Notes: generated by a model not told the origin, from the sequence alone. Positions 1 through 10,551 are shown, counted from the first letter of the stretch. The stretch is 64,000 nucleotides of DNA from an uncultured Atopobium sp. (GCA_937905925.1 CALCXO010000029.1:102561-166560); one strand, 5' to 3'. Numbers and translations are program-made.

Positions 1-707
1 CGGCCCCTCCTCTCATTGCGAGCACGACGAGGACGAGCGGAGCCCTCAAGAGCTGGGTTAGGTGTTGGCTGTCCAGGCATCTTCTCGCCGTAATAAATCC
101 AAACCTTGATACCAACAGCGCCCATGGTGGTGCGACCTGTAGCGGTACCATAGCCGATTGCAGCACGAAGGGTGTGCAGAGGCACGCGACCCTCACGGTA
201 CCACTCACGGCGGCCCATCTCAGCACCGTTCAGACGACCGGAGCACTGGATACGAATACCCTTAGCGCCAGCCTTACGAGCGGACTGAACAGCCTTACGC
301 ATAGCGCGACGGAAAGCGACACGCTGCTCAAGCTGCTCTGCGATGGACTGAGCAACAAGGTTTGCGTCAAGCTCAGGACGCTTAACCTCAACAACATCAA
401 CGTTGACCTGACCCTTGCCGACCTTAGCAACACGCTCAAGATCTGCACGGAGGCCGTCAATCTCTGCACCCTTCTTGCCAATGACAATACCAGGACGTGC
501 GGAGAAAATAGTTACCTTGACCTTATCGCCAGCGCGCTCGATATCAATACGAGCAACGGCTGCCTTCTCAAGGCGCTTCTCGAGATACTTGCGGATAGCA
601 AGATCGTTGCCGAGCTGCTCGGCGTAGTCCTTATCGGCGTACCAACGAGAACGCCAGCTCTCGGTTACACCAAGACGGAAGCCTGTAGGCTGTACTTTCT
701 GACCCAT
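1..707 (-). CDS. rpsC: 30S ribosomal protein S3 (3' end cut by window edge)
   Basis: ATG at 707 gives [16 protein letters not shown]..., a typical S3 N-terminus. The frame stays open to position 1. It follows rplV in S10-operon order. It is missing from the ORF track because it runs off the window. Confidence 0.9.
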   Translation of the reverse strand, partial: MGQKVQPTGFRLGVTESWRSRWYADKDYAEQLGNDLAIRKYLEKRLEKAAVARIDIERAGDKVKVTIFSARPGIVIGKKGAEIDGLRADLERVAKVGKGQVNVDVVEVKRPELDANLVAQSIAEQLEQRVAFRRAMRKAVQSARKAGAKGIRIQCSGRLNGAEMGRREWYREGRVPLHTLRAAIGYGTATGRTTMGAVGIKVWIYYGEKMPGQPTPNPALEGSARPRRARNERRG

Positions 708-709
708 TC

Positions 710-1072
710 CTACGCCTCCTTTCGAGGTGCAACGACAACGGTAATGTGGCTCATGCGCTTGTTAATGCGGGAAGCCGAACCCTTTGCACGAGGACGAATA
801 CGCTTAAGCGTTGGGCCTTCGTCAACAAAAGCGGTCTTGACTACCAGGTTGTTAGCGCGGAGTCCATTGTTGTTCTCGGCGTTAGCAACTGCAGAGCGCA
901 GAACCTTAGCAACATCAGTAGCGGCAGCGCGAGTCGAGAACTGAAGAACCTCAAGGGCCTTCTCGACAGACTTACCGCGGACAAGCGCGACAACTGCGCG
1001 AGCCTTACGAGGAGCAACGCGAACATACTTAGCTGTTGCGCGAACCTCAATAGAATCGGTGTTCTTAGCCAT
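710..1072 (-). CDS. rplV: 50S ribosomal protein L22
   Basis: 120-aa ORF ([27 protein letters not shown]...) with L22 sequence, positioned between rpsS and rpsC. Confidence 0.95.
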   Translation of the reverse strand: MAKNTDSIEVRATAKYVRVAPRKARAVVALVRGKSVEKALEVLQFSTRAAATDVAKVLRSAVANAENNNGLRANNLVVKTAFVDEGPTLKRIRPRAKGSASRINKRMSHITVVVAPRKEA

Positions 1073-1086
1073 TTACTACACTCCCC

Positions 1087-1347
1087 CTATTTGGCCTTGT
1101 GACCGCGGAAGGTACGGGATGGGGAGAACTCGCCCAACTTGTGACCAACCATGGACTCGGTGACGTACACAGGTACATGCTTACGACCATCGTGAACAGC
1201 GATGGTGTGACCGACCATCTCAGGGAAGATGGTTGAGGAACGTGACCAAGTCTTGATAACGTCCTTCTTGCCAGCCTCGTTCATTGCAGCGACACGCGCA
1301 AGGAGGCGAGTCTCCACAAAGGGGCCTTTTTTGAGACTTCTGCTCAT
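1087..1347 (-). CDS. rpsS: 30S ribosomal protein S19
   Basis: 86-aa [14 protein letters not shown]...[13 protein letters not shown], an S19 hallmark sequence, in operon order. Confidence 0.95.
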   Translation of the reverse strand: MSRSLKKGPFVETRLLARVAAMNEAGKKDVIKTWSRSSTIFPEMVGHTIAVHDGRKHVPVYVTESMVGHKLGEFSPSRTFRGHKAK

Positions 1348-1368
1348 TTATCTACTCCTACTCGTGTC

Positions 1369-2205
1369 TTACTTGGACTTACGACGGCGAATGATCAGGC
1401 GGTTAGAAGCCTTCTTCGGGTCGCGGGTCTTATAACCCTTGGTTGGCTTACCCCATGGGGTGACGGAAGGACGACCAGAAGTGTGGTTCTTACCTTCACC
1501 ACCGCCGTGTGGGTGGTCAACAGGGTTCATAACAGTACCACGGACGGTAGGACGGACGCCTGCCCAACGGGAACGACCAGCCTTACCAACAACAATGTTG
1601 GAGTGCTCAGCGTTACCAACCTCGCCGATGGTTGCACGGCAGGTCAGAAGAACACGACGGAGCTCGGAGGAAGGCATACGCAGAACTGCATAGCCGTTGT
1701 CCTTACCCATGAGCTGGACGGAAGTACCAGCAGCACGTGCCATTGCAGCACCCTTGCCAGGCTGGAACTCAACTGCGTGAACAAGAGTACCTACTGGAAT
1801 CTGCTCAAGAGTGGTGCAGTTACCAGGCTTGATGTCGATGTCCTTGGTACCAGAAAGAACGGTGTCACCGACGCTCAGGCCCTCTGGGCAAAGGATGTAT
1901 GCCTTTGCGCCGTCTGCATAGTGCAGAAGAGCAATACGAGCGGAACGGTTAGGATCGTACTCAACAGTAGCGACCTTAGCTGGGATGTCATCCTTGCGAC
2001 GCTTGAAGTCGATACGACGGTACTGGCGCTTGTGGCCACCACCCTGGTGACGGGTAGTGATGCGGCCATTGTTGTTGCGGCCAGCCTTCTTTGGCAGAGG
2101 CTCGAGAAGGGACTTCTCGGGCTTATCAGTTGTAATCTCAGCAAAGTCTGAGATTGTCTGGAAGCGCCTGCCTGCGCTTGTTGGCTTTAGATGCCTAACT
2201 GCCAT
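1369..2205 (-). CDS. rplB: 50S ribosomal protein L2
   Basis: 278-aa ORF with L2 motifs (...[14 protein letters not shown]...), in operon order. Confidence 0.96.
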   Translation of the reverse strand: MAVRHLKPTSAGRRFQTISDFAEITTDKPEKSLLEPLPKKAGRNNNGRITTRHQGGGHKRQYRRIDFKRRKDDIPAKVATVEYDPNRSARIALLHYADGAKAYILCPEGLSVGDTVLSGTKDIDIKPGNCTTLEQIPVGTLVHAVEFQPGKGAAMARAAGTSVQLMGKDNGYAVLRMPSSELRRVLLTCRATIGEVGNAEHSNIVVGKAGRSRWAGVRPTVRGTVMNPVDHPHGGGEGKNHTSGRPSVTPWGKPTKGYKTRDPKKASNRLIIRRRKSK

Positions 2206-2343
2206 AAACAGTATCCCTTTCTTCTCCGTTGGCTAGCCCGCTTAAGGGAAAGTCGAGCTAACACCGGATTACCACGGTACCGCGCGTATCTACTATGCGC
2301 GGCATACGAACCCGTACCTCAAAAGAGGCACGGGAGAAAAACC

Positions 2344-2643
2344 TTACTCAGCAGAGTTATTACCGAAGATCTCGATAGTCTCACCAGCAGCGAGGGTAAC
2401 AATAGCCTTCTTCCACTGGCGGGTCTTACCTGCCTGCTGATAACGTACACGCTTGTTCTTTGGCTTAACAGAAAGTGTGTTTACCTTGGTGACGTGTACA
2501 GAGAAGAGCTTCTCTACAGCTGCAGCAATCTCTTCTTTACCTGCGTTACGAGCAACCTCAAAAGTGTACTTGCCCTGCTCCATCAGATCGAAAGCACGCT
2601 CTGAAACGATAGGACGAATGATGACCTCATAAGGAGAGTTCAT
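2344..2643 (-). CDS. rplW: 50S ribosomal protein L23
   Basis: 99-aa ORF, L23-like (IIRPIVSERAF...YTFEV), overlapping the rplD stop. Confidence 0.92.
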   Translation of the reverse strand: MNSPYEVIIRPIVSERAFDLMEQGKYTFEVARNAGKEEIAAAVEKLFSVHVTKVNTLSVKPKNKRVRYQQAGKTRQWKKAIVTLAAGETIEIFGNNSAE

Positions 2644-3269
2644 TATGCGAGCACCTCCCCAAGCTGCTTAGCAACATCAGCGGACATAACAAGTGCGCCG
2701 TTGTCGATCAGGAAACGAGTAGTGACCTCAGAAACGCCGAAGATTGAAACCTTAGGAAGGTTACGGAAAGAGAGGTAAGTGTTGACGTCGTCGTCTGGGA
2801 CGATGACGGTAACGCGCTTACCCTCAATACCGAGGTTCTGAAGTGCAGCCTTTGCCTGCTTGGTGGAAGGCTGAGCAAACTCGAGAGAGTCAACGAGGAC
2901 AAGCTCGGAGTCTGCAACCTTGCCGGAGAGGACGGACCTCATAGCAAGCTTGACCATCTTGTTGTTAATACGACGTGCGTGGGAACGAGGGGTAGGTCCA
3001 AAGATGACGCCACCACCAGTCCACTGACCAGCACGAATAGAACCCTGGCGAGCACGACCAGTACCCTTCTGACGGTAAGGCTTAACGCCACCGCCGGATA
3101 CCTCGTGACGGTTCTTTGTAGAGTGGGTACCCTGACGTGCGGATGCGTCCTGGCAGACTACAACCTGGTGCACAACAGGGATGTTTGGCTCAATGCCATA
3201 GACGTCGGAGGAGAGCTCGGCATCGCCGACCTTCTTTCCCTCTACGTTCTTAATCTCATACTTGGACAT
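2643..3269 (-). CDS. rplD: 50S ribosomal protein L4
   Basis: 208-aa ORF, L4-like (...RQKGTGRARQGSIRAGQWTGGGVIFGP...). Confidence 0.95.
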   Translation of the reverse strand: MSKYEIKNVEGKKVGDAELSSDVYGIEPNIPVVHQVVVCQDASARQGTHSTKNRHEVSGGGVKPYRQKGTGRARQGSIRAGQWTGGGVIFGPTPRSHARRINNKMVKLAMRSVLSGKVADSELVLVDSLEFAQPSTKQAKAALQNLGIEGKRVTVIVPDDDVNTYLSFRNLPKVSIFGVSEVTTRFLIDNGALVMSADVAKQLGEVLA

Positions 3270-3308
3270 GTTGTCTCCTTGTTAGCCTAAGTGTTTGCCT
3301 AAAGGCCC

Positions 3309-3929
3309 TTAGGCCATGCGGACCTGGACGAGGGCATTCTTGCCGCCAGGAACAGCACCCTTGATAAGCATGAGGTTCTGCTCAGCATCAACGCGGACAA
3401 GCTTAAGGTTCTTGACCGTAACGCGCTCTGCGCCCATGTGACCATACATGTGAAGGCCCTTACGAACGCGTGCAGGGTATGCGCACTGACCAATGGAACC
3501 TGGACGACGCTGGTTACGAGAACCGTGAGTCATTGGACCGCGAGAGAAGTTCCAGCGCTTAACGGTACCCTGGAAACCCTTACCCTTAGAAGTGCCTGTT
3601 ACGTCAACAGCGGTGACCTCAGAGAAGTCAGCAACTGTGACAACATCGCCGGTCTTGTGCTCAGAAGCATCCTCAACGCGGACCTCGCGGAGGTAACGCA
3701 TTGGCTCGACGCCCTGTGCCTTGAAGTGACCAGCCATTGGCTTGTTGACATGCTTCTCGGAGATGTCGCCGAAGCCAATCTGTACGGCATTGTAGCCGTC
3801 CGTCTCAACAGTCTTTACCTGTGAAACGGTGCAGGGGCCAGCAAGAACGACGGTAACAGGAACGACGTTGTCGTTCTCGTCCCATACCTGGGTCATGCCC
3901 AGCTTGCGGCCGAGGATGGTATTAACCAT
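3309..3929 (-). CDS. rplC: 50S ribosomal protein L3
   Basis: The ORF track entry starts at 3998. The L3 N-terminus MVNTILGRKLGMTQVW begins at the ATG at 3929, which is preceded by AGGAAAGAG. Confidence 0.92.
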   Translation of the reverse strand: MVNTILGRKLGMTQVWDENDNVVPVTVVLAGPCTVSQVKTVETDGYNAVQIGFGDISEKHVNKPMAGHFKAQGVEPMRYLREVRVEDASEHKTGDVVTVADFSEVTAVDVTGTSKGKGFQGTVKRWNFSRGPMTHGSRNQRRPGSIGQCAYPARVRKGLHMYGHMGAERVTVKNLKLVRVDAEQNLMLIKGAVPGGKNALVQVRMA

Positions 3930-4310
3930 GCTCTTTCCTAACCTTCGGTGGTCATGGGACCTTGAGAGCACATCGGGTACTCTTCCCCAGCGGACCACGT
4001 CCTGTACATACTGCCTTTAGACATAATTGTCCTGTTTGAGCAGCCCGTCTACTTTACACTCATTTTTGACAAGAAACAAGCCTAAAATCTCTAAAAGATG
4101 AACGCTTTGTGAAGACCGTTTGATACCTTCTAGCTGCGAGATCTTTCTTCTCGTCTATTTTGCGAGGTCAAACCGCTGACCCGGGCGTATCCATTGGCGA
4201 GAAACCCGGAAAATTTTGAAAAGTTTTTTCAAAAAATTTTGTAAAAATAATTCGCGATAACAACTTTGCCAAAATCAGGCTGCCAAGACTAAGCAGCTAA
4301 GGCTAGGCAA

Positions 4311-4886
4311 CTAAGACCAGGCAGCCAAAAGTTTCTTGAGCAATGCTTCGCAACCCTCAGTGACATCCTCATACGTCAGATCAAAATTTCCTGAGTACCA
4401 TGGGTCCGCAATGTCGCGAGGCTTCTCTGTCCAATCAAGGAGCAGCGAAACCTTTCCAAGCGGATCATTCTTAAGCATACGCATCATGTTGCGCAGGTTA
4501 TTGTGGTCCATACCTATGAGGTAATCAAAGTTCTCGTAATCTGCGCGCGTCATCTGCCTCGCACGATGATTGCCGCAACGAATCCCCTCTTGCTGAAGCT
4601 TGCGTCTCGTACGAGGGTCAACAGGGTTGCCAATCTCTTCAGTGGAGGTTGCTGCCGAGTCGATGACAAACGAATCTGCCAGACCGTTTTTCTCGACAAG
4701 ATCTTGCATGACGTACTGTGCCATTGTTGACCTGCAGATATTTCCGTGACACACAAAGAGGATTCTTGTCATGCGGGAGTAATTTGGGCGAGCGTTTACC
4801 GAGCAGCCGATATTTAGCTGGTTACTTGCATTCTGCTGGCTACTTGCGTTCTGCTGGCTACTTGCGTTCTGCTGGATATGTTTCAT
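4311..4886 (-). CDS. Low-molecular-weight protein tyrosine/arginine phosphatase family protein with an N-terminal QQNAS(S/N) x3 repeat
   Basis: CX5R(S/T) P-loop in LFVCHGNICRSTMAQ and a DP loop in DIADPWY. The ATG at 4886 has a strong SD (AGGAGAAAAG) 4 nt upstream. An alternative start at 4772 (MTRILFVCHGN) has no SD. Confidence 0.8.
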   Translation of the reverse strand: MKHIQQNASSQQNASSQQNASNQLNIGCSVNARPNYSRMTRILFVCHGNICRSTMAQYVMQDLVEKNGLADSFVIDSAATSTEEIGNPVDPRTRRKLQQEGIRCGNHRARQMTRADYENFDYLIGMDHNNLRNMMRMLKNDPLGKVSLLLDWTEKPRDIADPWYSGNFDLTYEDVTEGCEALLKKLLAAWS

Positions 4887-4975
4887 CTTTTCTCCTGCGC
4901 TTTGTGCGAGTATTCGCTTCCCTATTCTACGGGTTTCTCGCCAAGTGCAGATGTGAGTTACGTCTAGAAAAGTCT

Positions 4976-5095
4976 GCCTGAAAAGTACAAAGAATCTGTA
5001 TTTCCGCCACCGATTCTTTAACAAAATCAGGCAAATCCACAGATTCTTTGATGTATTTAGGCAAAATTTACAGATTCTTTGAAGAAATCAGGCGC
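4976..5095 (+). repeat. Family-1 intergenic repeat, copy A (~120 bp, terminal inverted repeats)
   Basis: Near-identical to 19025-19146, 26069-26189 and 58762-58880. The ends are GCCTGAAAAGTACAAAGAATCTGTA and TACAGATTCTTTGAAGAAATCAGGCGC. Confidence 0.9.
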
Positions 5096-5154
5096 ACGTC
5101 AGGCTCGCGCCGCCCACCTGGCGAGAAACCCGTCCACTTCCAGCATATGAGCAC

Positions 5155-5190
5155 AAGAAACCCGGTATCCACACGAAATGGATGCCGGGT
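5155..5190 (-). terminator. Stem-loop downstream of rpsJ (possible intrinsic terminator or attenuator)
   Basis: The minus strand reads ACCCGGCATCCA-tttcgtg-TGGATACCGGGT followed by TTTCTT. The U-run is interrupted. Confidence 0.45.
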
Positions 5191-5331
5191 TGAAATCGCT
5201 TGCGACCCGTGTTCGCACGGTCTCCACACTTGGTTCACGCGTGATTCGCTCGTGTTTCAACGCCACTCACGCAAAAACCCTCCCGCGCGAAGATGCGCAG
5301 GAGGGTTTGCAAGTTGGATTAAGCCGTATGC

Positions 5332-5640
5332 TTAGAGCTTGATCTCGATATCGACACCAGCTGGAAGGTCGAGACGCATAAGCGAATCAACGGTAGAAGC
5401 GCTTGGGTCGAGAATATCGATGAGACGCTTGTGAGTACGCATCTCAAACTGATCACGGGAATCCTTATCCTTGTGTGGGGAGCGGATAACCGTGTAAAGG
5501 TTACGCTCGGTTGGCAGAGGGATAGGACCGGAAACACGCGCACCTGTCTTCTGTGCGGTGTCAACAATCAGCTTAGCGGACTGATCAATGACCTCGTGAT
5601 CATAGCCCTTGAGGCGAATCCTGATCTTCTGGCTTGACAC
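5332..5640 (-). CDS. rpsJ: 30S ribosomal protein S10
   Basis: S10 sequence ([21 protein letters not shown]...). The GTG at 5640 lies 8 nt after GGAGG and gives the canonical 102 aa. The ATG at 5655 used by the ORF track has no SD. Confidence 0.9.
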   Translation of the reverse strand: MSSQKIRIRLKGYDHEVIDQSAKLIVDTAQKTGARVSGPIPLPTERNLYTVIRSPHKDKDSRDQFEMRTHKRLIDILDPSASTVDSLMRLDLPAGVDIEIKL

Positions 5641-5683
5641 TTTGGGTACCTCCATAAATGAGCTAGAGCTCGTGGTCGTTTAC

Positions 5684-7780
5684 TTAGGATGCAGAGCCGC
5701 CGTTTTTGGCGACAATCTCTTCGCGTACAGCGTTAGGAACGGGCTCGTAAGAATCGAACTGCATGGTGTAGCTCGCGCGGCCCTGGGTCTGGGAACGAAG
5801 GTCGGTTGCATAACCGAACATCTCACCAAGAGGCACCTTAGCGCGGATGACCTTGGCGTCCATACGATCGTCCATACCCTCAATCTTGCCACGACGGGAA
5901 GAAAGGTTGCCCATAACGTCGCCCATGTACTGCTCAGGTGTCTCAACCTCAACAGACTCAACTGGCTCGAGAAGGACTGGGTTGGACTTCTTGAGAGCAT
6001 CCTTAATTGCCATAGAACCAGCAATCTTGAATGCTGCCTCAGAGGAGTCGACCTCGTGGTAAGAACCGTCAACAAGGGTGACCTTGATGTCGACTACTGG
6101 GTAACCAGCAATAACGCCGTTCTCAAGAGCCTCACGAATGCCCTTATCGATAGATGGGATGTACTCCTTAGGAATAACACCACCGACGATAGCGTTGACA
6201 AACTCGTAACCCTTGCCCTCTTCCTGTGGCTCAAGGTCGATGACTGCGTGGCCATACTGACCCTTACCACCGGACTGACGGACAAACTTGCCCTCAGCGT
6301 GGCTTACTGCCTTACCAGCAGTCTCGCGGTAAGCAACCTGTGGCTTACCTACGTTGCAGTCAACCTTAAACTCACGACGGAGACGGTCAACAATAATCTC
6401 AAGGTGAAGCTCGCCCATACCAGCAATGATGGTCTGGCCGGTCTCGTGATCAGTGTGAACCTGGAAGGTTGGGTCCTCTTCAGCCAGCTTAGAAAGGCCG
6501 ATGGACATCTTCTCCTGCTCAGCCTTGGTCTTAGGCTCAACAGCAACGTCAATAACAGGATCTGCGAAGCTGATGGACTCAAGGATGATTGGGTTCTTCT
6601 CGTCACAAAGGGTGTCGCCAGTAGTGGTGTTCTTTAGACCAACGCATGCAACAATGTCACCTGCGGAGCACTCTTCACGGTCAACACGGTCGTTTGCGTT
6701 CATCTCGAGGATGCGGCCAAAGCGCTCACGGTTGTCCTTGACGGAGTTGTAGACGTAAGAACCTGCCTCAGCCTGACCAGAGTAAACACGAATGTAGGTA
6801 AGCTTACCAACATAAGGGTCAGTCATGATCTTGAATGCAAGAGCGGAGAATGGCTCCTTAACGTCTGCGTGACGGACTGCCTCATCACCCTTAGGAGTGA
6901 CGCCATCAATCTCTGGAACATCCAGAGGGCTTGGAAGGAAGTCGATGACTGCGTCCAGAAGCTCCTGGATACCCTTGTTCTTGTAAGCGGAACCAACAAA
7001 GACAGGGTTAATCTGACCAGCAAGAACGCCAGCACGAAGAGCACCCTTAAGGGTCTCAACGTCAACCTCTTCACCCTCGAGAACAGCCATCATGAGCTCC
7101 TCAGAGAAGTCAGAAGCTGCCTCAAGAAGCTCTTCACGCTTCTCAGCTGCAATCTCTGCAAACTCTGCAGGAATCTCGTCGAGTGGCTCAGGGTAAATCA
7201 TGCCCTTAGCATCCTCTTTGAAGTCCCATGCAGTGTTAGTGACAAGGTCGATAAGACCCCAGAAGTTGGACTCAGCACCCATTGGGACCTGAGCTGCAAT
7301 TGCGTTTGCGCCAAGGCGGTCACGCATGGTCTGGATTGCACGGAAGAAGTCTGCGCCTACGCGGTCAAACTTGTTGATGAATGCAATACGAGGTACGCCG
7401 TACTTGGTAGCCTGACGCCAAACGGTCTCGGACTGTGGCTGAACGCCTGCAACTGCGTCGAAGACTGCAACTGCGCCGTCCAGAACACGAAGAGAACGCT
7501 CAACCTCAGCGGTAAAGTCAACGTGGCCTGGGGTGTCGATGATCTGGATGACATGGTCTTTCCAGAAGCAAGTGGTAGCTGCGGAAGTAATGGTTACGCC
7601 GCGCTCCTGCTCCTGAATCATCCAGTCCATGGTTGCTGCACCGTCGTGGACCTCACCAATCTTGTGGGTCTTACCGGTGTAGTAAAGAATACGCTCCGTA
7701 GTGGTGGTCTTACCAGCATCGATGTGAGCCATGATGCCGATGTTGCGGAGGTCTTTAAGATTGTACTTAGTCTTAGCCAT
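5684..7780 (-). CDS. fusA: Elongation factor G
   Basis: 698-aa ORF with N-terminus ...[24 protein letters not shown], in str-operon order after rpsG. Confidence 0.97.
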   Translation of the reverse strand: MAKTKYNLKDLRNIGIMAHIDAGKTTTTERILYYTGKTHKIGEVHDGAATMDWMIQEQERGVTITSAATTCFWKDHVIQIIDTPGHVDFTAEVERSLRVLDGAVAVFDAVAGVQPQSETVWRQATKYGVPRIAFINKFDRVGADFFRAIQTMRDRLGANAIAAQVPMGAESNFWGLIDLVTNTAWDFKEDAKGMIYPEPLDEIPAEFAEIAAEKREELLEAASDFSEELMMAVLEGEEVDVETLKGALRAGVLAGQINPVFVGSAYKNKGIQELLDAVIDFLPSPLDVPEIDGVTPKGDEAVRHADVKEPFSALAFKIMTDPYVGKLTYIRVYSGQAEAGSYVYNSVKDNRERFGRILEMNANDRVDREECSAGDIVACVGLKNTTTGDTLCDEKNPIILESISFADPVIDVAVEPKTKAEQEKMSIGLSKLAEEDPTFQVHTDHETGQTIIAGMGELHLEIIVDRLRREFKVDCNVGKPQVAYRETAGKAVSHAEGKFVRQSGGKGQYGHAVIDLEPQEEGKGYEFVNAIVGGVIPKEYIPSIDKGIREALENGVIAGYPVVDIKVTLVDGSYHEVDSSEAAFKIAGSMAIKDALKKSNPVLLEPVESVEVETPEQYMGDVMGNLSSRRGKIEGMDDRMDAKVIRAKVPLGEMFGYATDLRSQTQGRASYTMQFDSYEPVPNAVREEIVAKNGGSAS

Positions 7781-7804
7781 TTGTTTGCTACTCCTGAATT
7801 CCGA

Positions 7805-8275
7805 CTAGAAGCGGTAGTGGGAGAAGGCGCGGTTGGCCTCAGCCATCTTGTACAGGTCCTCGCGGCGCTTGACGGATGCACCTACGCCGTTAGTTGCGTC
7901 GATGATCTCGTTTGCAAGACGCTCTGCCATGGTCTTCTCTTTACGGCTACGGCTGAAAGTGACCATCCAGCGGATAGCAAGAGTAGTTGCACGACGGGAG
8001 TTGACCTCCATTGGGACCTGGTAAGTAGCGCCACCAACACGCTTAGGCTTAACCTCAAGTGTTGGGCGAATGTTATCCATAGCCTTCTTGAAGACAGTGA
8101 GGGCATCCTCACCAGTCTTCTCTGCGACGATGTCAAATGCACCGTAGACAATGCGCTCTGCGGTTGCTTTCTTGCCGTCGAGAAGGACCTTGTTAATAAG
8201 CTGGGTTACCAGACGATTGTTGTAGACGGCGTCAGGCATAACCTCACGACGTACTGCTGCTGCGCGACGCGGCAT
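7805..8275 (-). CDS. rpsG: 30S ribosomal protein S7
   Basis: 156-aa [23 protein letters not shown]..., S7-like. Confidence 0.95.
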   Translation of the reverse strand: MPRRAAAVRREVMPDAVYNNRLVTQLINKVLLDGKKATAERIVYGAFDIVAEKTGEDALTVFKKAMDNIRPTLEVKPKRVGGATYQVPMEVNSRRATTLAIRWMVTFSRSRKEKTMAERLANEIIDATNGVGASVKRREDLYKMAEANRAFSHYRF

Positions 8276-8313
8276 ATTAATCTCCTAAGAACTAGTTCGA
8301 GTAGTGGACGTGA

Positions 8314-8685
8314 TTACTTAGCACGCTTAGTGCCGTAACGGGAACGGCCCTGAGCACGATTCTGAACTGCTGCGCAGTCGAATGCACCGCGAACAACCTT
8401 GTAACGAACACCAGGAAGGTCACGGACACGGCCGCCACGAACCAGAACAATGGAGTGCTCCTGGAGGTTGTGGCCCTCACCAGGAATGTAAGCGGTTACC
8501 TCAATGCCATTAACAAGACGAACACGAGCAACCTTACGGAGTGCTGAGTTAGGCTTCTTTGGCGTAGTGGTGAAAACGCGGGTGCAAACACCACGCTTCT
8601 GTGGGTTGTGCTGAAGAGCGGCGTTCTTAGACTTTGACTTGACGCTCACGCGACCCTTACGTACGAGCTGGTTAATAGTAGGCAA
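8314..8685 (-). CDS. rpsL: 30S ribosomal protein S12
   Basis: The S12 N-terminus (M)[11 protein letters not shown] starts at the TTG at 8685, 3 nt after AAGGAGAAG, giving 124 codons including stop (123 aa; typical S12 ~124). The longer track ORF starting at 8742 is unlikely. Confidence 0.9.
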   Translation of the reverse strand: MPTINQLVRKGRVSVKSKSKNAALQHNPQKRGVCTRVFTTTPKKPNSALRKVARVRLVNGIEVTAYIPGEGHNLQEHSIVLVRGGRVRDLPGVRYKVVRGAFDCAAVQNRAQGRSRYGTKRAK

Positions 8686-8774
8686 GATCTTCTCCTTCTT
8701 ATACCTATCTACCTGCAGTTTTACATATTCGAAAGGCGACACAGCACTGTCCCCTTGGAATTACGCAGGGAAGT

Positions 8775-8804
8775 ACTTTACGCTGATGAAAGCCACATGT
8801 CAAC
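8775..8804 (-). promoter_or_regulatory. Candidate sigma-70-type promoter for rpsL-rpsG-fusA
   Basis: The minus strand reads TTGACA-17 nt-TAAAGT about 90 nt upstream of the rpsL start. GATACGCCCGG lies 12 nt upstream of the -35. Confidence 0.5.
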
Positions 8805-8921
8805 AAGCCACTGTGCCGGGCGTATCTATACTTCATAAACTGCACATAATATAGAATCAAAATAACTTGTCTAACTATCAAAACCTTTATTGAAAATCCG
8901 ATATTCACAATCTTAAAATTT

Positions 8922-9563
8922 TTATAAGAGTTTATTGCACATATCTATAACTGCGTGAAAGAGAACAGGAGCCGAGACATTCTTTCGAAATATTAAAAAT
9001 AAAGCTGTGTATAACAAACCATTTCCAATACCAAAGGTAATATAAGACCAAAGAGGTTCAAGATTATTAACATTATTTACAAGCGGAAAGATTATATGAG
9101 TTACCCCCCACAATACGTTAGCGAATAATGAACCTATAATATATGCTGATACATTAGTGATCTTCCAATATCTTAATAAACCTTCATTAAATTGTTCGGT
9201 TAGATAAACTCGGAAGAAAAATTCCTCAGGAAGTGCCACTAAAAATAAATAGTGAACCCAAGCGTAAATTCTATCAATATAATTTTCTTGAGAAAAAAGA
9301 ACAGGAATAAATGAAATTAGCAATAAAATGGCTATATTAGCAGGTTTGAAACTTTTAGCAATAATATTACTGTAATGTTTTATGGTTATATATACAGGAT
9401 AAATTGAAATGACCATACTAAAAGCTATTTTACTAATGTAACTATTTTCAAACAAATTCGCATTGTATTTATATTCTAACGATGCAATAAAAATTATAAA
9501 AACCAAAATTAAATAACTATAAAGAGCTTCATTCTTGAATTGTTTTTTCTGTTTATTTTCCAT
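8922..9563 (-). CDS. CPBP (CAAX/Abi) family intramembrane metalloprotease
   Basis: Polytopic 213-aa protein with EEFFFR (EExxxR), THIIF (FxxxH-like) and HAVID (HxxxD) motifs. The gene is very AT-rich compared with its flanks. Confidence 0.75.
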   Translation of the reverse strand: MENKQKKQFKNEALYSYLILVFIIFIASLEYKYNANLFENSYISKIAFSMVISIYPVYITIKHYSNIIAKSFKPANIAILLLISFIPVLFSQENYIDRIYAWVHYLFLVALPEEFFFRVYLTEQFNEGLLRYWKITNVSAYIIGSLFANVLWGVTHIIFPLVNNVNNLEPLWSYITFGIGNGLLYTALFLIFRKNVSAPVLFHAVIDMCNKLL

Positions 9564-9565
9564 CC

Positions 9566-10120
9566 TTACTTCACCGTTCTACATTTATCGTTAGAGAAAA
9601 GTGTCTTAGTACTGAGTGTTCCTTCAGTTACATCCGCGGATAGCTTTAAAACAGCGATCGATTCTTCGCCGTCTTTCTCGCCCGTCTCAACAAATCCAAA
9701 CGTACGATAGAGATTACGAGCAGCTTTATTTTCAGGTTCATAGGAAAGCCAACAAAACTCTGCTTTTCCACAGGGAAAGGTACGTATAAACTCCAACGCA
9801 AGCATGAGCGCTTCTTTGCCGTATCCCCTACCTTGGAATTTTGCATCAATCATCAGACGTCGAAGATCGTAATTATTTTGAGCTATTGCTGGAGCTTTGT
9901 CCCAGCTGCTATCTGGTCCAAACCCAATCATCAAAAACCCTACCGGTACATCATCTTTGTATATACCAAAAGGAAAAATCTGTCCGTTTTCTGCCTTGGC
10001 TATATAGGCTTCGATAAGACTTATATCATTTCCAGCAACAAAACTTTGCTGGTCCTCGGACACCTTGAGCTTAAGAATGTCCCACACGTTTCTTCCGTTT
10101 ATGTGCTGAAGACTTAACAT
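9566..10120 (-). CDS. GNAT family N-acetyltransferase
   Basis: 184-aa ORF with the acetyl-CoA motif-A region FQGRGYGKEALMLALEF. It sits 2 nt upstream of the CPBP gene. It may be diamine-acetyltransferase-like, but that is unverified. Confidence 0.75.
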   Translation of the reverse strand: MLSLQHINGRNVWDILKLKVSEDQQSFVAGNDISLIEAYIAKAENGQIFPFGIYKDDVPVGFLMIGFGPDSSWDKAPAIAQNNYDLRRLMIDAKFQGRGYGKEALMLALEFIRTFPCGKAEFCWLSYEPENKAARNLYRTFGFVETGEKDGEESIAVLKLSADVTEGTLSTKTLFSNDKCRTVK

Positions 10121-10182
10121 ACGGTATCAATCAAAAGTCCATTGCTCTTTGAAAAACAAGACGACCAAAGGCTTCTACTTTC

Positions 10183-10551
10183 CTAGTGCTGATGAGCAGC
10201 GTGAGCAAGACCGACGCTAATAAGCGTAATGACATGATCATCAGCAAGAGAATAAATGACGCGACGACCATCTCTTTTTGCTGCTACCAGACCACGATCG
10301 CGCAGAAGGCGGAGCTGATGAGAAGTAGCAGACTGAGAAACAGAGAGAAGCTCCTGCAGTTCAGTTACACTCTTCTCGCCCAAAAGAAGAGCTCCCAAAA
10401 TCTGGAAACGTGTAAAGTCAGAAAGCGCATCATAAATTTGAGTGGCATCATAGATGATATCGTCATTAGTAAGAAACTCGTGCAGTTGTTCTTCAGAAAC
10501 GCACTCGCAAATATTGTTTGTATGCTCACACTCGTGAGAATGATTAGTCAT
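10183..10551 (-). CDS. ArsR/SmtB family metalloregulator
   Basis: Winged HTH (FQILGALLLGEKSVTELQELLSVSQSATSHQLRLLRDRGLV). The C-terminal DDH...HAAHQH resembles an alpha-5 Zn/Co/Ni site. The N-terminus is Cys/His-rich (HSHECEHTNNICEC). Confidence 0.8.
   Translation of the reverse strand: MTNHSHECEHTNNICECVSEEQLHEFLTNDDIIYDATQIYDALSDFTRFQILGALLLGEKSVTELQELLSVSQSATSHQLRLLRDRGLVAAKRDGRRVIYSLADDHVITLISVGLAHAAHQH

Noticed and set aside
174-944. 256-aa plus-strand ORF at the window start
   Set aside because: It lies antisense to rpsC and rplV, whose translations are canonical S3 and L22.
5609-8338. Long plus-strand ORFs (5609-6637 and 6869-8338) opposite fusA, rpsG and rpsL
   Set aside because: The same shadow-ORF phenomenon. 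There is no motif content, and they overlap strongly supported minus-strand genes.
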